DNA from: Minisyncoccota bacterium
GTDB lineage: Bacteria > Patescibacteriota > Minisyncoccia > Phycocordibacterales > XYD1-FULL-46-19
NCBI GenBank assembly: GCA_041664425.1
Contig: JBAYKU010000002.1
Coordinates: 13,142 to 77,141, forward strand
Direction: 5' to 3'
DNA: 64,000 bases
A program made the translations under genes and the position numbers. Shown piece by piece: positions 29,103-38,332 of this stretch. Positions within the stretch are counted from its first letter, which is position 1, and every line of letters starts with the position of its first letter. Below the pieces are notes generated by a model. It saw nothing but the letters and a program-made list of their open reading frames with translations, was not told the origin of the DNA and made no database searches.

Positions 29103-30787
29103 TGTTTGGTCGTAGTCAATTTTTCAAAAAAGGAAAAAAGGGGGCGCGCGAGCTTGATCCTGACGAGATTTTTCTTGATGCCAGTAATTTACCTAATTTT
29201 GATGATCAGCAATTTGAAGGTCGTCTAGAAAAACCAATTTCTAAACGATCTTTAACAGGGGTGGGTGTGGTTATGGTGATTTTTAGTTTGTTTTTCTTTG
29301 GTCAAATTTTTAATTTGCAAATTATTAAGGGTCAGAATTATGCTGAGCGCTCGGTCAATAATACTTTGCGTCATACGGCTATCTATGCCGAGCGAGGTAT
29401 TATCTATGATCGCCAAAAGAAAATGTTAGCTTGGAATAATCCCAATCGCATTTATCTCCAAACCGATGGTCTAGCTCATGTTATTGGCTACGTCGGCTAT
29501 CCCAAAGAAAAAGATTTGTTAGTCAATGACAAACTCGATCCCAAACAATTAATTGGCAAGGATGGAGTCGAACTTTATTACAATGAGGTTTTGGGTGGAG
29601 AAAAAGGCCTGAAGATTGAAGAAATTGATGCCATTGGTAGTGTTATTTCTGATCATGTGGTCCAGACTCCTAAAAGTGGCCAAGATTTGATTTTATCGAT
29701 TGATGTGAGGGTCCAAGAAAAACTTTTTCAGGCGATCCGCAGTGTAGCTGGTCAGTATGATTTTTTTGGCGGTAGCGGAGCGATTATGGACGTTACGACT
29801 GGTGAGCTGATTGCCTTGGTGAGCTATCCAGAATATGATCCCAATGTTTTAACGGCCGGTAAGGAGGTGGAAAAAATTACTGGTTATTTCAATAGTAAAT
29901 ATCACCCCCTACTAAATCGGCCGATTGCCGGCCTTTATACCCCTGGTTCGGTTTTTAAACCTTTTATGGCTGTCGGCGCTTTGGAAGAAAAGGTAATTGA
30001 TCCTGGTACTAAGATTTTGAGCACTGGACAGTTGGTGGTGCCAAATATTTATGATCCCAGCAAACCAACAATTTTCAAAGATTGGAAGGCTCATGGTTGG
30101 GTAGATATGCGCTGGGCATTAGCGGTTTCTTCTGATGTCTATTTTTATGAAATTGGTGGTGGCTTTGGCAGTCAAAAAGGTATTGGTATAAAAAATATTG
30201 AAAAATATGCCAAAATGTTTGGTCTAAGTTTAAAGACTGGCATCAATTTGCCTGGCGAAGAAACTGGTGTCATTTCTAACCCTGAATGGAAGGCCACTAA
30301 TTTTGACGGCGAGCCGTGGCGGGTGGGCGATACTTATCACACTGTGATTGGTCAGTATGGAGTCATGGTGACACCACTGCAGATCATGCGAGGAATTGCG
30401 ACGATTGCCAACGGTGGGCGAATGATTTCACCTAATATTCTAAAAAGTCCGGATGGTTTAGCGGCTGACGGGGTTGTCCTCTCAGTTGATCCAGAACATT
30501 TGCGCGTAGTGCGAGAGGGTATGCGCTTGTCAGCTCGTGAAGGAACGGCCAAGGGTTTAAATACTCCGGCGGTGGAGATTGCGGCGAAAACTGGTACAGC
30601 CGAACTAGGAGAAAGTCGCGAACGAGTCAACTCGTGGGTGACTGGTTTTTGGCCTTATCAAAAACCTCACTACGCTTTTGTGGTGGTGATGGAAAAGGGT
30701 TCTCGTCATAACACTATTGGTGCTACTTTCGTTATGCGTCAGCTATTGGACTGGATGCAGATTTACACACCGGAATACTTAAAATAA
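29102..30787 (+). CDS. mrdA: Penicillin-binding protein 2 (class B)
   Basis: Motifs RG.IYDR, GKDGVE, PGSVFK (SxxK), SSD and KTGTAE. Confidence 0.92.
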   Translation: MFGRSQFFKKGKKGARELDPDEIFLDASNLPNFDDQQFEGRLEKPISKRSLTGVGVVMVIFSLFFFGQIFNLQIIKGQNYAERSVNNTLRHTAIYAERGIIYDRQKKMLAWNNPNRIYLQTDGLAHVIGYVGYPKEKDLLVNDKLDPKQLIGKDGVELYYNEVLGGEKGLKIEEIDAIGSVISDHVVQTPKSGQDLILSIDVRVQEKLFQAIRSVAGQYDFFGGSGAIMDVTTGELIALVSYPEYDPNVLTAGKEVEKITGYFNSKYHPLLNRPIAGLYTPGSVFKPFMAVGALEEKVIDPGTKILSTGQLVVPNIYDPSKPTIFKDWKAHGWVDMRWALAVSSDVYFYEIGGGFGSQKGIGIKNIEKYAKMFGLSLKTGINLPGEETGVISNPEWKATNFDGEPWRVGDTYHTVIGQYGVMVTPLQIMRGIATIANGGRMISPNILKSPDGLAADGVVLSVDPEHLRVVREGMRLSAREGTAKGLNTPAVEIAAKTGTAELGESRERVNSWVTGFWPYQKPHYAFVVVMEKGSRHNTIGATFVMRQLLDWMQIYTPEYLK

Positions 30788-30824
30788 TTGATTTTTAGCT
30801 CTAAATCAGGTAAAATCTTCCCAT

Positions 30825-31286
30825 ATGGATAAAAAACAATATCTAAGTCCTGAGAAATTTGAGGAATTAAAAGAAGAGCTTCAGCGTCTAAAAATGGTGG
30901 AGCGCAAGGAAGTAGCGGAAACTCTAGAATTTGCCAAGTCCCTCGGTGACTTGTCGGAAAATGCCGAGTATCACGAAGCTCGCGACAAGCAGGCTGATAT
31001 TGAAGATCGAATTGCTAGTATTGAAGAGATTCTTAAAACAGCCACCATTACTACTAAACATTCAGGTGGTCGGGTCCAGATTGGCTCAACAGTAGTTGTT
31101 AAAAAAGAAGGCGGAGAACCGGTTGAATATACTGTTGTTGGTTCTGAGGAGGCTGATATGGCGGTTGGTAAAGTTTCTCATCTTTCGCCGATTGGTGAAG
31201 CTTTGGTGGGGTCCGGTAATGGCGACAAAGTGGAAGTGGTTACCCCTCGGGGGGTGGTAAAATACCAAGTAATCGAGGTGAAGTAA
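30825..31286 (+). CDS. greA: Transcription elongation factor GreA
   Basis: Motifs GDLSENAEYHEA and SPIGEAL. Confidence 0.97.
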   Translation: MDKKQYLSPEKFEELKEELQRLKMVERKEVAETLEFAKSLGDLSENAEYHEARDKQADIEDRIASIEEILKTATITTKHSGGRVQIGSTVVVKKEGGEPVEYTVVGSEEADMAVGKVSHLSPIGEALVGSGNGDKVEVVTPRGVVKYQVIEVK

Positions 31287-31357
31287 GATTGTCAGTGGGA
31301 GTTTATTTTGTTTTTTAAAAATTTTACATTTTGATTTTTTAATTTTAAATTTGAAAC

Positions 31358-33262
31358 ATGGCTTCACTCGAAGAATTGCGAGCAGAAAGAATTAAAAAAC
31401 TAGCTTTATTAAAAGAAGCTGGGATGGAGCCTTTTCCGGCTGAGAGCCATCTTGATTTGACCCTCGATAGCGTTTTGTCTGATTTCGATGAGCTGGTCAG
31501 CACTGGCGAGAAAAAAACTGTTGGCGGGCGAGTGATGTCATTGCGACTACAGGGCGCTCTGGCTTTTTTTGATTTATTTGATGGCACGGCTAAATTGCAG
31601 GCCCTGCTCAAAAAAGATGAATTAGGACCAGTTTTTGATTTGTTTGCCGATACGATTGATGTGGGGGATTTTGTGGAAGTGACGGGCAAGTTTTTTATCA
31701 CCAAACGAGGAGAAAAAACGATCGAGGGCGACAGTTGGAAAATTTTAGCCAAGAGTCTTCACCCCCTGCCTGACAAGTGGGATGGTTTACAAGACACCGA
31801 AGAAAGACTCCGCAAACGCTATCTCGATATTTTAATGAACGAAGATGTTCGTGAGATGGTCATCAAGCGTAGCCAGTTCTGGCAAGCGATGCGAGAATTT
31901 CTGCTGGCCAAGGGTTTTTTGGAAGTGGATACCCCAATTTTAGAAAATACCGCTGGGGGAGCCGAAGCTCGACCTTTTCTCACTCATCACAATGCTCTCG
32001 ATTTGGATGTTTTTTTACGGATTTCAGTCGGTGAGTTATGGCAGAAAAAGTTGATGGTGGCTGGTCTACCAAAAGTCTTTGAAATCGGTCGCGTTTTCCG
32101 TAACGAGGGTATGGACGCTGATCACTTGCAGGATTATACCGCTTTGGAATTTTATCAGGCTTTTGCTGATTACAAAGAGGGAATGGATTTTGTTCGCGAA
32201 CTTTATCGCTATGTGGCAGAGAAAACTTTCGGCACTCTAAAATTTAACATTCGCGGTTTTGAAATTGATTTAGCTAAAGATTGGGAGACTTATGATTTTG
32301 TCGGCATTATCAAAGACCGGACCGGAATCGATATTCTCTCGGCTGATTTGAGAGCGATGGAAGCCAAACTGAACGAGCTAGAAATCACTTATGATAAAAA
32401 AGGCTTCAACCAGACTCGAGCAATAGATAACCTTTGGAAATATTGTCGCAAGCAGATTGCTGGTCCGGGCTTTTTGATCAATGTGCCTGTTAGTATGGAA
32501 CCGCTGGCCAAACGCAAAGCTGACAATCCAGAGCTGGTGGAACGTTTTCAAGTTATTCTCGCCGGCTCCGAGAACGGTAAAGGTTTCAGTGAGCTCAATG
32601 ACCCACTCGACCAGGCTGGACGTTTTTCTGAGCAGGCCAAACTCCGCGAAGCTGGGGATGAAGAAGCCCAAATGTTTGATCAAGAATTCGTCGAGGCCCT
32701 CGAATATGGCATGCCTCCGACTTTCGGTTTTGGAGTTAGTGAGAGACTCTTTGCTTTCCTGTGTGATAAACCCGCCCGCGAGACCCAAATTTTCCCATTG
32801 ATGAGACCGAAAGAAGCCAAAGAAATCAAAGCCAAAGATTTGGCTAGCTATACTGCTGTGGCTATTTTAAATAAAGAAAATCACTTGGAGCCATGGCAGG
32901 AAATGAATACAGTTGCTCACCTCAATGCTTCTTTTGCGGCGCGCTTTGGCAAGTCTTTACTCTACCAAGACAAGATAAAGACTAAGGATAACAAAGAAAT
33001 TTATTTGAACATCCAAAATGCTATCATGATCAAAGAAGCTTCAAGTGGAAAACAAATGGTGGAGTTGCTGACCGAAGCTGAGAAAGCTGATTTGGCCGTT
33101 TTTGAATTTATCCGGCCCATGATTGAAACCTCAGACGATAAAAAAATTATTGATTATGCCAAGGGTCGCGATTGGTCCGAGGTAGATTTTCTCGGTATCT
33201 TGATTTTTGGTAAGCGTTCGGTAGTAGAAAAAATTACGGCCGATTTACCCCTAGTAAAATAG
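31358..33262 (+). CDS. lysS: Lysine--tRNA ligase (class II) fused to a C-terminal DUF2000-like domain
   Basis: Motifs GGAEARPF.THH, FRNEG, FSELNDP, ALEYGMPPT and FPLMRP, then about 145 extra residues. Confidence 0.95.
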   Translation: MASLEELRAERIKKLALLKEAGMEPFPAESHLDLTLDSVLSDFDELVSTGEKKTVGGRVMSLRLQGALAFFDLFDGTAKLQALLKKDELGPVFDLFADTIDVGDFVEVTGKFFITKRGEKTIEGDSWKILAKSLHPLPDKWDGLQDTEERLRKRYLDILMNEDVREMVIKRSQFWQAMREFLLAKGFLEVDTPILENTAGGAEARPFLTHHNALDLDVFLRISVGELWQKKLMVAGLPKVFEIGRVFRNEGMDADHLQDYTALEFYQAFADYKEGMDFVRELYRYVAEKTFGTLKFNIRGFEIDLAKDWETYDFVGIIKDRTGIDILSADLRAMEAKLNELEITYDKKGFNQTRAIDNLWKYCRKQIAGPGFLINVPVSMEPLAKRKADNPELVERFQVILAGSENGKGFSELNDPLDQAGRFSEQAKLREAGDEEAQMFDQEFVEALEYGMPPTFGFGVSERLFAFLCDKPARETQIFPLMRPKEAKEIKAKDLASYTAVAILNKENHLEPWQEMNTVAHLNASFAARFGKSLLYQDKIKTKDNKEIYLNIQNAIMIKEASSGKQMVELLTEAEKADLAVFEFIRPMIETSDDKKIIDYAKGRDWSEVDFLGILIFGKRSVVEKITADLPLVK

Positions 33263-33268
33263 CTTCTG

Positions 33269-34087
33269 ATGTTAAAAAAAATAAAAACCAAGCTGGCCTT
33301 AATCAAATCAGCTGTCTTTGGAATTTGGCATGGTTTTTCTGAACCAGAAGAAGAGATCTCAGACTTAGTTAAAAAGATAAAAATCGGTTCATCTAGGCAA
33401 GGCCGAGAAATATTTGCTTATCAGTTGGGAACAGGCCAAACGAAAATTGCTCTAGTTTCGGCGATTCATGGTAATGAAGTGGGAACGACCAAATTGGCGA
33501 GAAAAATTATCAATTGGCTCTCTACGACTGAAAAAGATTTTAAAAATTTTTCTTTTTATATTATCCCTTGTTTAAATCCGGATGGTTTTCAATTGGCTCG
33601 ATCTTGTCCCCAATATTGGCGGGGTGGGCGAGCGGGGCGCTTTAATGCTCAGCAAGTGGATCTCAATCGCAATTTTAAAACTACTAGCTGGCAAGGTAGT
33701 TCTATTTGGTCGTCGGGCCAAAATTACAGCCAGAAAGACGAGGTTTTTTGCGGTTCGTCGGCTGGCTCAGAACCAGAAGTGGCTGGTTTAAGTGATTTGA
33801 TAATAAAGGAAAATATCAAATTACTTTTTTCTTTTCATAATGTTGGCCGAGATGTGATGCCGAGTAGTGATGATCTGGCGATTAAACTGGCTAAAATTTA
33901 TTGTCAGCAAACTGGTTTCACTTTTGTCTCTCGTGAAGATTGGCAAAAATTAGCTCAAACCGGAACGGCTCGACAGTGGTGCGAAGAAAATAGTGTTTCT
34001 TATGTTGAAGTTGAATGTCCTTATCGCTGGGGCAGTGATTGGCCGAGGCAAAAGAAAGCGATTTCGGCTTGTCTAGATTGTCTCTAA
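33269..34087 (+). CDS. M14 zinc carboxypeptidase, MpaA-like
   Basis: Motifs IHGNE, LNPDG, DLNRNF, SEPE, FH and a C-terminal Glu. Confidence 0.85.
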   Translation: MLKKIKTKLALIKSAVFGIWHGFSEPEEEISDLVKKIKIGSSRQGREIFAYQLGTGQTKIALVSAIHGNEVGTTKLARKIINWLSTTEKDFKNFSFYIIPCLNPDGFQLARSCPQYWRGGRAGRFNAQQVDLNRNFKTTSWQGSSIWSSGQNYSQKDEVFCGSSAGSEPEVAGLSDLIIKENIKLLFSFHNVGRDVMPSSDDLAIKLAKIYCQQTGFTFVSREDWQKLAQTGTARQWCEENSVSYVEVECPYRWGSDWPRQKKAISACLDCL

Positions 34088-34117
34088 TTGTGCGAAATCC
34101 AATCTCGCACAAGACCA
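34088..34117. repeat. TGTGCGA...TCGCACA palindrome, left copy
   Basis: ttgtgcgaaatccaatctcgcacaagacca resembles 34537-34566. Confidence 0.6.
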
Positions 34118-34201
34118 CAAATATTTGACAAGTTTGATTGTTTAATCTATAATTAAATTAGGAATAGCGTTTGGTAGAAACACCACAAAAAGGAGGTTCC
34201 A

Positions 34202-34396
34202 ATGTGCAAGTGCTGTGGAACGTGCAAAGAATGGGATGGTGACATCCGTAAATCAGAAGCTTACTGCAAATCTCGACCCAAGTTGCCATTTTGGATGTCA
34301 GGTCATAGCTCCAACGGTTACGTTGGACGCAATTCCGGGAAGGGTTGCAAGGCTTACAAAAAGGATCCTGCGAAGTGTCGGGATGTTAGAAAATAG
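34202..34396 (+). CDS. Cys-rich 64-aa orphan microprotein
   Basis: Upstream TTGACA...TATAAT promoter and AAGGAGG RBS. Seven Cys. Terminator downstream. Confidence 0.65.
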   Translation: MCKCCGTCKEWDGDIRKSEAYCKSRPKLPFWMSGHSSNGYVGRNSGKGCKAYKKDPAKCRDVRK

Positions 34397-34416
34397 CCAC
34401 CTCGAACCGCCTGCCG

Positions 34417-34452
34417 AACAGAGCCCACCTCTGTGAGGCGGGCTCTGTTTTT
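34417..34452 (+). terminator. Intrinsic terminator
   Basis: Hairpin aacagagcccacctc-tgt-gaggcgggctctgtt followed by a T tract. Confidence 0.8.
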
Positions 34453-34535
34453 ATAAAATAATTTATGACTAAAAAGTCGAATTTGTGCGAAGTTGTGTTC
34501 TAAATTGGATGTCGCACATGCCAATTTAACCCTTA

Positions 34536-34566
34536 TTTGTGCGAAGTCGGACTTCGCACAAAACCA
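34536..34566. repeat. TGTGCGA...TCGCACA palindrome, right copy
   Basis: tttgtgcgaagtc-g-gacttcgcacaaa is a perfect 13-bp inverted repeat. Confidence 0.7.
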
Positions 34567-34581
34567 GAGTGAGGACTTATC

Positions 34582-34720
34582 CCTGCACACCAATTGAGGT
34601 GTCCATTTTTATATTCCCGCCCTTATTTACAACAAAATCAGTCCAAAATGGCTCATAAAAATTTTAGTCGTTATTTGACCAAAAATGCCCTGCGGGAAAA
34701 CGCCTCAATTGGTGTGCAGG
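34582..34720. repeat. 139-bp element with 21-bp terminal inverted repeats
   Basis: cctgcacaccaattgaggtgt / acgcctcaattggtgtgcagg (20/21). Inner pair ttcccgc/gcgggaa. Confidence 0.75.
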
Positions 34721-34813
34721 TTATACCCATAAAGGGCACTGCTCCGTTCGCAAGCTCACGGGTTATACCCATAAAAAGGGTGCTGCTCCATCGCTTCGCT
34801 CAGGGTTATCCAC
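34719..34813 (+). repeat. Tandem repeat of about 42 bp (2.2 copies)
   Basis: ggttatacccataaa..ggg..ctgctcc..tcgc..gctca.g at 34719 and 34761, then ggttatccac. Confidence 0.7.
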
Positions 34814-34829
34814 TGTTTTATTTGGTTCA

Positions 34830-34875
34830 GTGGGGGAAAGTGGAGTAGAATACATATGCAGTGGCAAGAAGTGGC
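34830..34875 (+). promoter_or_regulatory. MraZ binding repeats
   Basis: GTGG at 34830/34840 and 34861/34871 (10-bp spacing) just upstream of mraZ. Confidence 0.8.
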
Positions 34876-34904
34876 ACGGGGCCATTTAGTTAAAAAAAGC
34901 TCCT

Positions 34905-35339
34905 ATGTTAATTGGCGAATACAGACACAATTTAGATGACAAAAAGAGAGTTTCTGTACCCGCCAATTTTCGCAAGGAGTTGGGTAAGAAGGTTGTTGTT
35001 AGTCGTGGTTTCGATAAGTGTTTATTTATTCATCCGATCAAAGAATGGCAACGCTTCACTGAGGAGCTCGAGAAGATGTCAGTTGGTCGAATCGATTCCC
35101 GCGACCTCAACCGTTTTGTCTTTGCCGGTGCTGTCGAGACCGAGATTGATGGTATGGGCCGAGTGCTTATCCCAGATTTTCTCAAAGGTTTCGCCGAGCT
35201 CAAATCGAAAGTCGTCGTGATTGGTGTTAGTCGTCGACTAGAAATTTGGGATGAGACGAAGTGGGATGATAATACTCGCCGGATTGAAGGCCAAGCTGAT
35301 GTTTTGGCCGAAAAAATGGGCGAGTTAGGAATGTTCTAG
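34905..35339 (+). CDS. mraZ: Transcriptional regulator MraZ
   Basis: Motifs GEY.H.LDDKKR and D..GRVLIP. Confidence 0.96.
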   Translation: MLIGEYRHNLDDKKRVSVPANFRKELGKKVVVSRGFDKCLFIHPIKEWQRFTEELEKMSVGRIDSRDLNRFVFAGAVETEIDGMGRVLIPDFLKGFAELKSKVVVIGVSRRLEIWDETKWDDNTRRIEGQADVLAEKMGELGMF

Positions 35340-35340
35340 T

Positions 35341-36240
35341 ATGCACGTACCTGTTCTTTTACAACCGACAATTGAGTGGCTAAATCTTCAGCCAGGAGAG
35401 ATTCTGGTTGATGGTACAGTCAACGCTGCTGGTCATGCTAAGGAGCTTTGCCAATTTCTAGGTTCCACTGGTCTGTTGGTGGGCATTGATGCTGACGGCG
35501 AGGCGATCGAGCGAGCCAAGAGTAATCTCAACACTTGCCCTTGTCCCACCAAATTGATTAGAGGCAATTTCCGCCATTTTAATAAATTACTTGATGAGGC
35601 GGGTATAGAAAAAGTTGATGCCGTCTTGCTTGATCTAGGTTTCAGTTCTGATCAGCTCGATGATTCTGGTCGCGGATTTTCTTTCCAGCGCGACGAACCG
35701 TTGATGATGACTTTGTCCAACGATGATACTTTGGGAACTCTCGTGACAGCCGAAGAAGCGGTCAACGAGTGGGCCGAGGAAAGTCTAGCTGATATTATCT
35801 ACGGTTTTGGCGAAGAACAATTCTCTCGCCGAATTGCCAAGGCGATCATTGAAGCCAGAGCGGTCAAGCCGATTAAAACTACAGGCGAATTGGTAAAAAT
35901 TATCGAGGAAGCCGTCCCGGGCTGGTATCGTCATCGCAAACTTCATCCAGCAACTAAAACTTTTCAGGCTCTCCGGATCGCGGTCAATGACGAACTAGGT
36001 GCCATTAAAACCGCCCTACCGGCCATCTGGCAGAGATTAAATCCCGGCGGTCGGCTAGCAATCATTAGTTTCCATAGCCTCGAAGCGCGAATCGTCAAAG
36101 ATTGGATGAGAGAGAAAAAGGCTCAGGGCGAGGGCGTGATTCTAACCAAAAAAGCCGTTAAACCAGATCGCGAAGAAGAATTAGCCAATCCACGTTCACG
36201 AAGTGCTCAATTGCGGGTGATTAAAAAAATTAATTTTTAA
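35341..36240 (+). CDS. rsmH: 16S rRNA m4C1402 methyltransferase RsmH
   Basis: Motifs HVPVL, DLGFSS.QLD...RGFSF, FQALRIAVNDEL and NPRSRSA.LR. Confidence 0.97.
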   Translation: MHVPVLLQPTIEWLNLQPGEILVDGTVNAAGHAKELCQFLGSTGLLVGIDADGEAIERAKSNLNTCPCPTKLIRGNFRHFNKLLDEAGIEKVDAVLLDLGFSSDQLDDSGRGFSFQRDEPLMMTLSNDDTLGTLVTAEEAVNEWAEESLADIIYGFGEEQFSRRIAKAIIEARAVKPIKTTGELVKIIEEAVPGWYRHRKLHPATKTFQALRIAVNDELGAIKTALPAIWQRLNPGGRLAIISFHSLEARIVKDWMREKKAQGEGVILTKKAVKPDREEELANPRSRSAQLRVIKKINF

Positions 36241-36245
36241 AATAA

Positions 36246-36581
36246 ATGAATAATAAAATCTTTAAAATCAATTTCAGCGAAATTCACAGCAACTTATTGT
36301 CTGTGGCTTTAGTGGTTTCGTTATTGGTTTTAGGGATTTCTTATATTTATTTAATCAACACTTCCGTCTTTTTGGTCAATGCCCGCGGACTAGCGGAAGA
36401 AAAAAGTGCTCAGATCGAGTCAGAACTGGCTGTTTTAGAAACCAATTACATTAGCTCTCAGGAGGCGATTGATATGGCTTTTGCTACTGCTCGTGGTTTT
36501 GTGGAAGCACCGAAAGATAGCACTTTTGCTTATCGTTCCAAGCCTGCCGACAGTGAAACCTCCCTGTCTTTTCTACGTTAA
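36246..36581 (+). CDS. FtsL-like bitopic coiled-coil protein
   Basis: TM plus coiled coil plus 'A..RGF', located between rsmH and ftsI. Confidence 0.65.
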   Translation: MNNKIFKINFSEIHSNLLSVALVVSLLVLGISYIYLINTSVFLVNARGLAEEKSAQIESELAVLETNYISSQEAIDMAFATARGFVEAPKDSTFAYRSKPADSETSLSFLR

Positions 36582-36599
36582 TTTGTTAGACTAGTAGAA

Positions 36600-38309
36600 A
36601 TGAAAGATACCACCTCTCGTATTAGATGGGTTTCCGTCTTTTTTGTCGCGATCGCGCTACTATTTGTGGCACGATTATTTTTTTTGCAGGTTATTAGCGG
36701 TTCTGATTATGCCGAACAGGCTGACCGTCAATATCTCCGACCGGCCAATAATATTTTTGAAAGAGGTTCAATTTTCTTTACGACCAAAGATGGCACTTTA
36801 GTCTCGGCCGCTTCGCTAAAAGTTGGTTTTATTGTATCGGCTAATCCTCAAAAGATTACCAATGCCAGCACCACCTACGAGCAATTAGCTAGTATCCTGC
36901 CTGATTTAGATCGAGAAAAAACTATTCAACAATTGTCTGATCGCGCTGACCCCTATGTGGAAATCGCTACTCGTGTGGACCAAACTCTCGCCGATAAAAT
37001 CAAGGCTAATAAAATTACCGGCGTTGATATCTATAAACAAAAGTGGCGTTTTTTTCCGGCGGGCCGATCAGCTGCCCACGCCATCGGTTTTATGGGCTAT
37101 AAAGGTGACCTCTACTCTGGTCGTTATGGTTTAGAAAAACAGTATGACGGTTTGTTGACGCGCAATCGAGATGGATTATTCGTAAACTTTTTTGCGGAAT
37201 TGTTTTCTGATTTTGCCTCTTCAACTAAAAATAATGTTACTGGTGCCGAAGGGGATATTGTTTTGACGATTGAACCTCTGGTCCAGAATGCCTTAGAAAA
37301 AGAATTGACCGCTTATGTGGAAAAATGGCAGCCAGATATGGTGGGTGGCATTATCATCAATCCCCAAAATGGTGAAATCTACGCGATGGCTAGCCGGCCC
37401 AATTTTGATCCAGGTGAAAAGCAGACTGATATTGAGGCTCTCAACAACAAGATGGTGGAAAAGAGTTATGAAATGGGCTCCATTTTTAAGCCTTTGACCA
37501 TTGCGGCCGCAATCGATATCGGCGTAGTGACTGCCAGCACGACTTACAACGACAAAGGTTGTTTAACGCTTAATAAAACGAAATTTTGTAATTTTGACGG
37601 CAAGGCGCGTGGGGTGATTCCCGTGCAAGAAATTTTAAATCAATCGCTCAATGTTGGTTCGACTTTTGTGATGCAACAGCTCGGCACTGAACGTTTCCGT
37701 AATTATTTTCATGCTTATGGTTTTGCCGAAAAAACTGGCATTGATTTGCCAGATGAAGCTTCCGGTCAGACTTCTAGTCTCGATGGCAAACCGCGGGAAC
37801 TTGATTTGGCCAACATGTCTTTCGGTCAGGGTATTGCCATCACTCCAATGGAAATGACTAGGGCCCTAGCTATTTTAGGCAACGGTGGTCGTTTGATTCG
37901 TCCCCATCTCGTCCGCCAGATCAATCATAAAAACCTTTTGACCGAGGTTATTCCCATTGAGCCAGGCAAACAAATCATCAAGCCAGAAACCAGCGCCGAG
38001 ATCAGTCGAATGTTGACGGTCGTCGTCGATACCAAGTTGGCTGATGGCAAGGTTAAAATGGCTCGCTATCAGATTGCCGCCAAGACGGGTACGGCCCAAA
38101 TTTACAAACCGGATGGCGGAGGTTATTATGATGACAGGAACTTGCACTCCTTCTTTGGCTATTTTCCAGCCTCTAAACCGCAATTCCTGATCTTTTTGAT
38201 GTCAGTTTATCCCAAGGGGGCGGCCTATTCTTCACAAACCCTAACGGATCCTTTTATTAGTCTTAATCGTTTTTTAATCAATTATTATCAGGTACCACCA
38301 GATCGTTAA
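36600..38309 (+). CDS. ftsI: Cell division transpeptidase FtsI (class B PBP)
   Basis: Motifs RGSI, GRYGLE, GSIFK, SLN and KTGTAQ. dcw synteny. Confidence 0.9.
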   Translation: MKDTTSRIRWVSVFFVAIALLFVARLFFLQVISGSDYAEQADRQYLRPANNIFERGSIFFTTKDGTLVSAASLKVGFIVSANPQKITNASTTYEQLASILPDLDREKTIQQLSDRADPYVEIATRVDQTLADKIKANKITGVDIYKQKWRFFPAGRSAAHAIGFMGYKGDLYSGRYGLEKQYDGLLTRNRDGLFVNFFAELFSDFASSTKNNVTGAEGDIVLTIEPLVQNALEKELTAYVEKWQPDMVGGIIINPQNGEIYAMASRPNFDPGEKQTDIEALNNKMVEKSYEMGSIFKPLTIAAAIDIGVVTASTTYNDKGCLTLNKTKFCNFDGKARGVIPVQEILNQSLNVGSTFVMQQLGTERFRNYFHAYGFAEKTGIDLPDEASGQTSSLDGKPRELDLANMSFGQGIAITPMEMTRALAILGNGGRLIRPHLVRQINHKNLLTEVIPIEPGKQIIKPETSAEISRMLTVVVDTKLADGKVKMARYQIAAKTGTAQIYKPDGGGYYDDRNLHSFFGYFPASKPQFLIFLMSVYPKGAAYSSQTLTDPFISLNRFLINYYQVPPDR

Positions 38310-38332
38310 GACGCGGAATTTAATTTATCATT

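Noticed and set aside
34088-34813. CRISPR array suggested by the palindromic and tandem repeats
   Set aside because: Only 2-3 degenerate copies, irregular spacing, no unique spacers of constant length and no cas genes.
34354-34848. ORFs 34354-34593(-) and 34594-34848(+)
   Set aside because: They are translations of repeat DNA; the repeated peptides mirror the DNA repeats.
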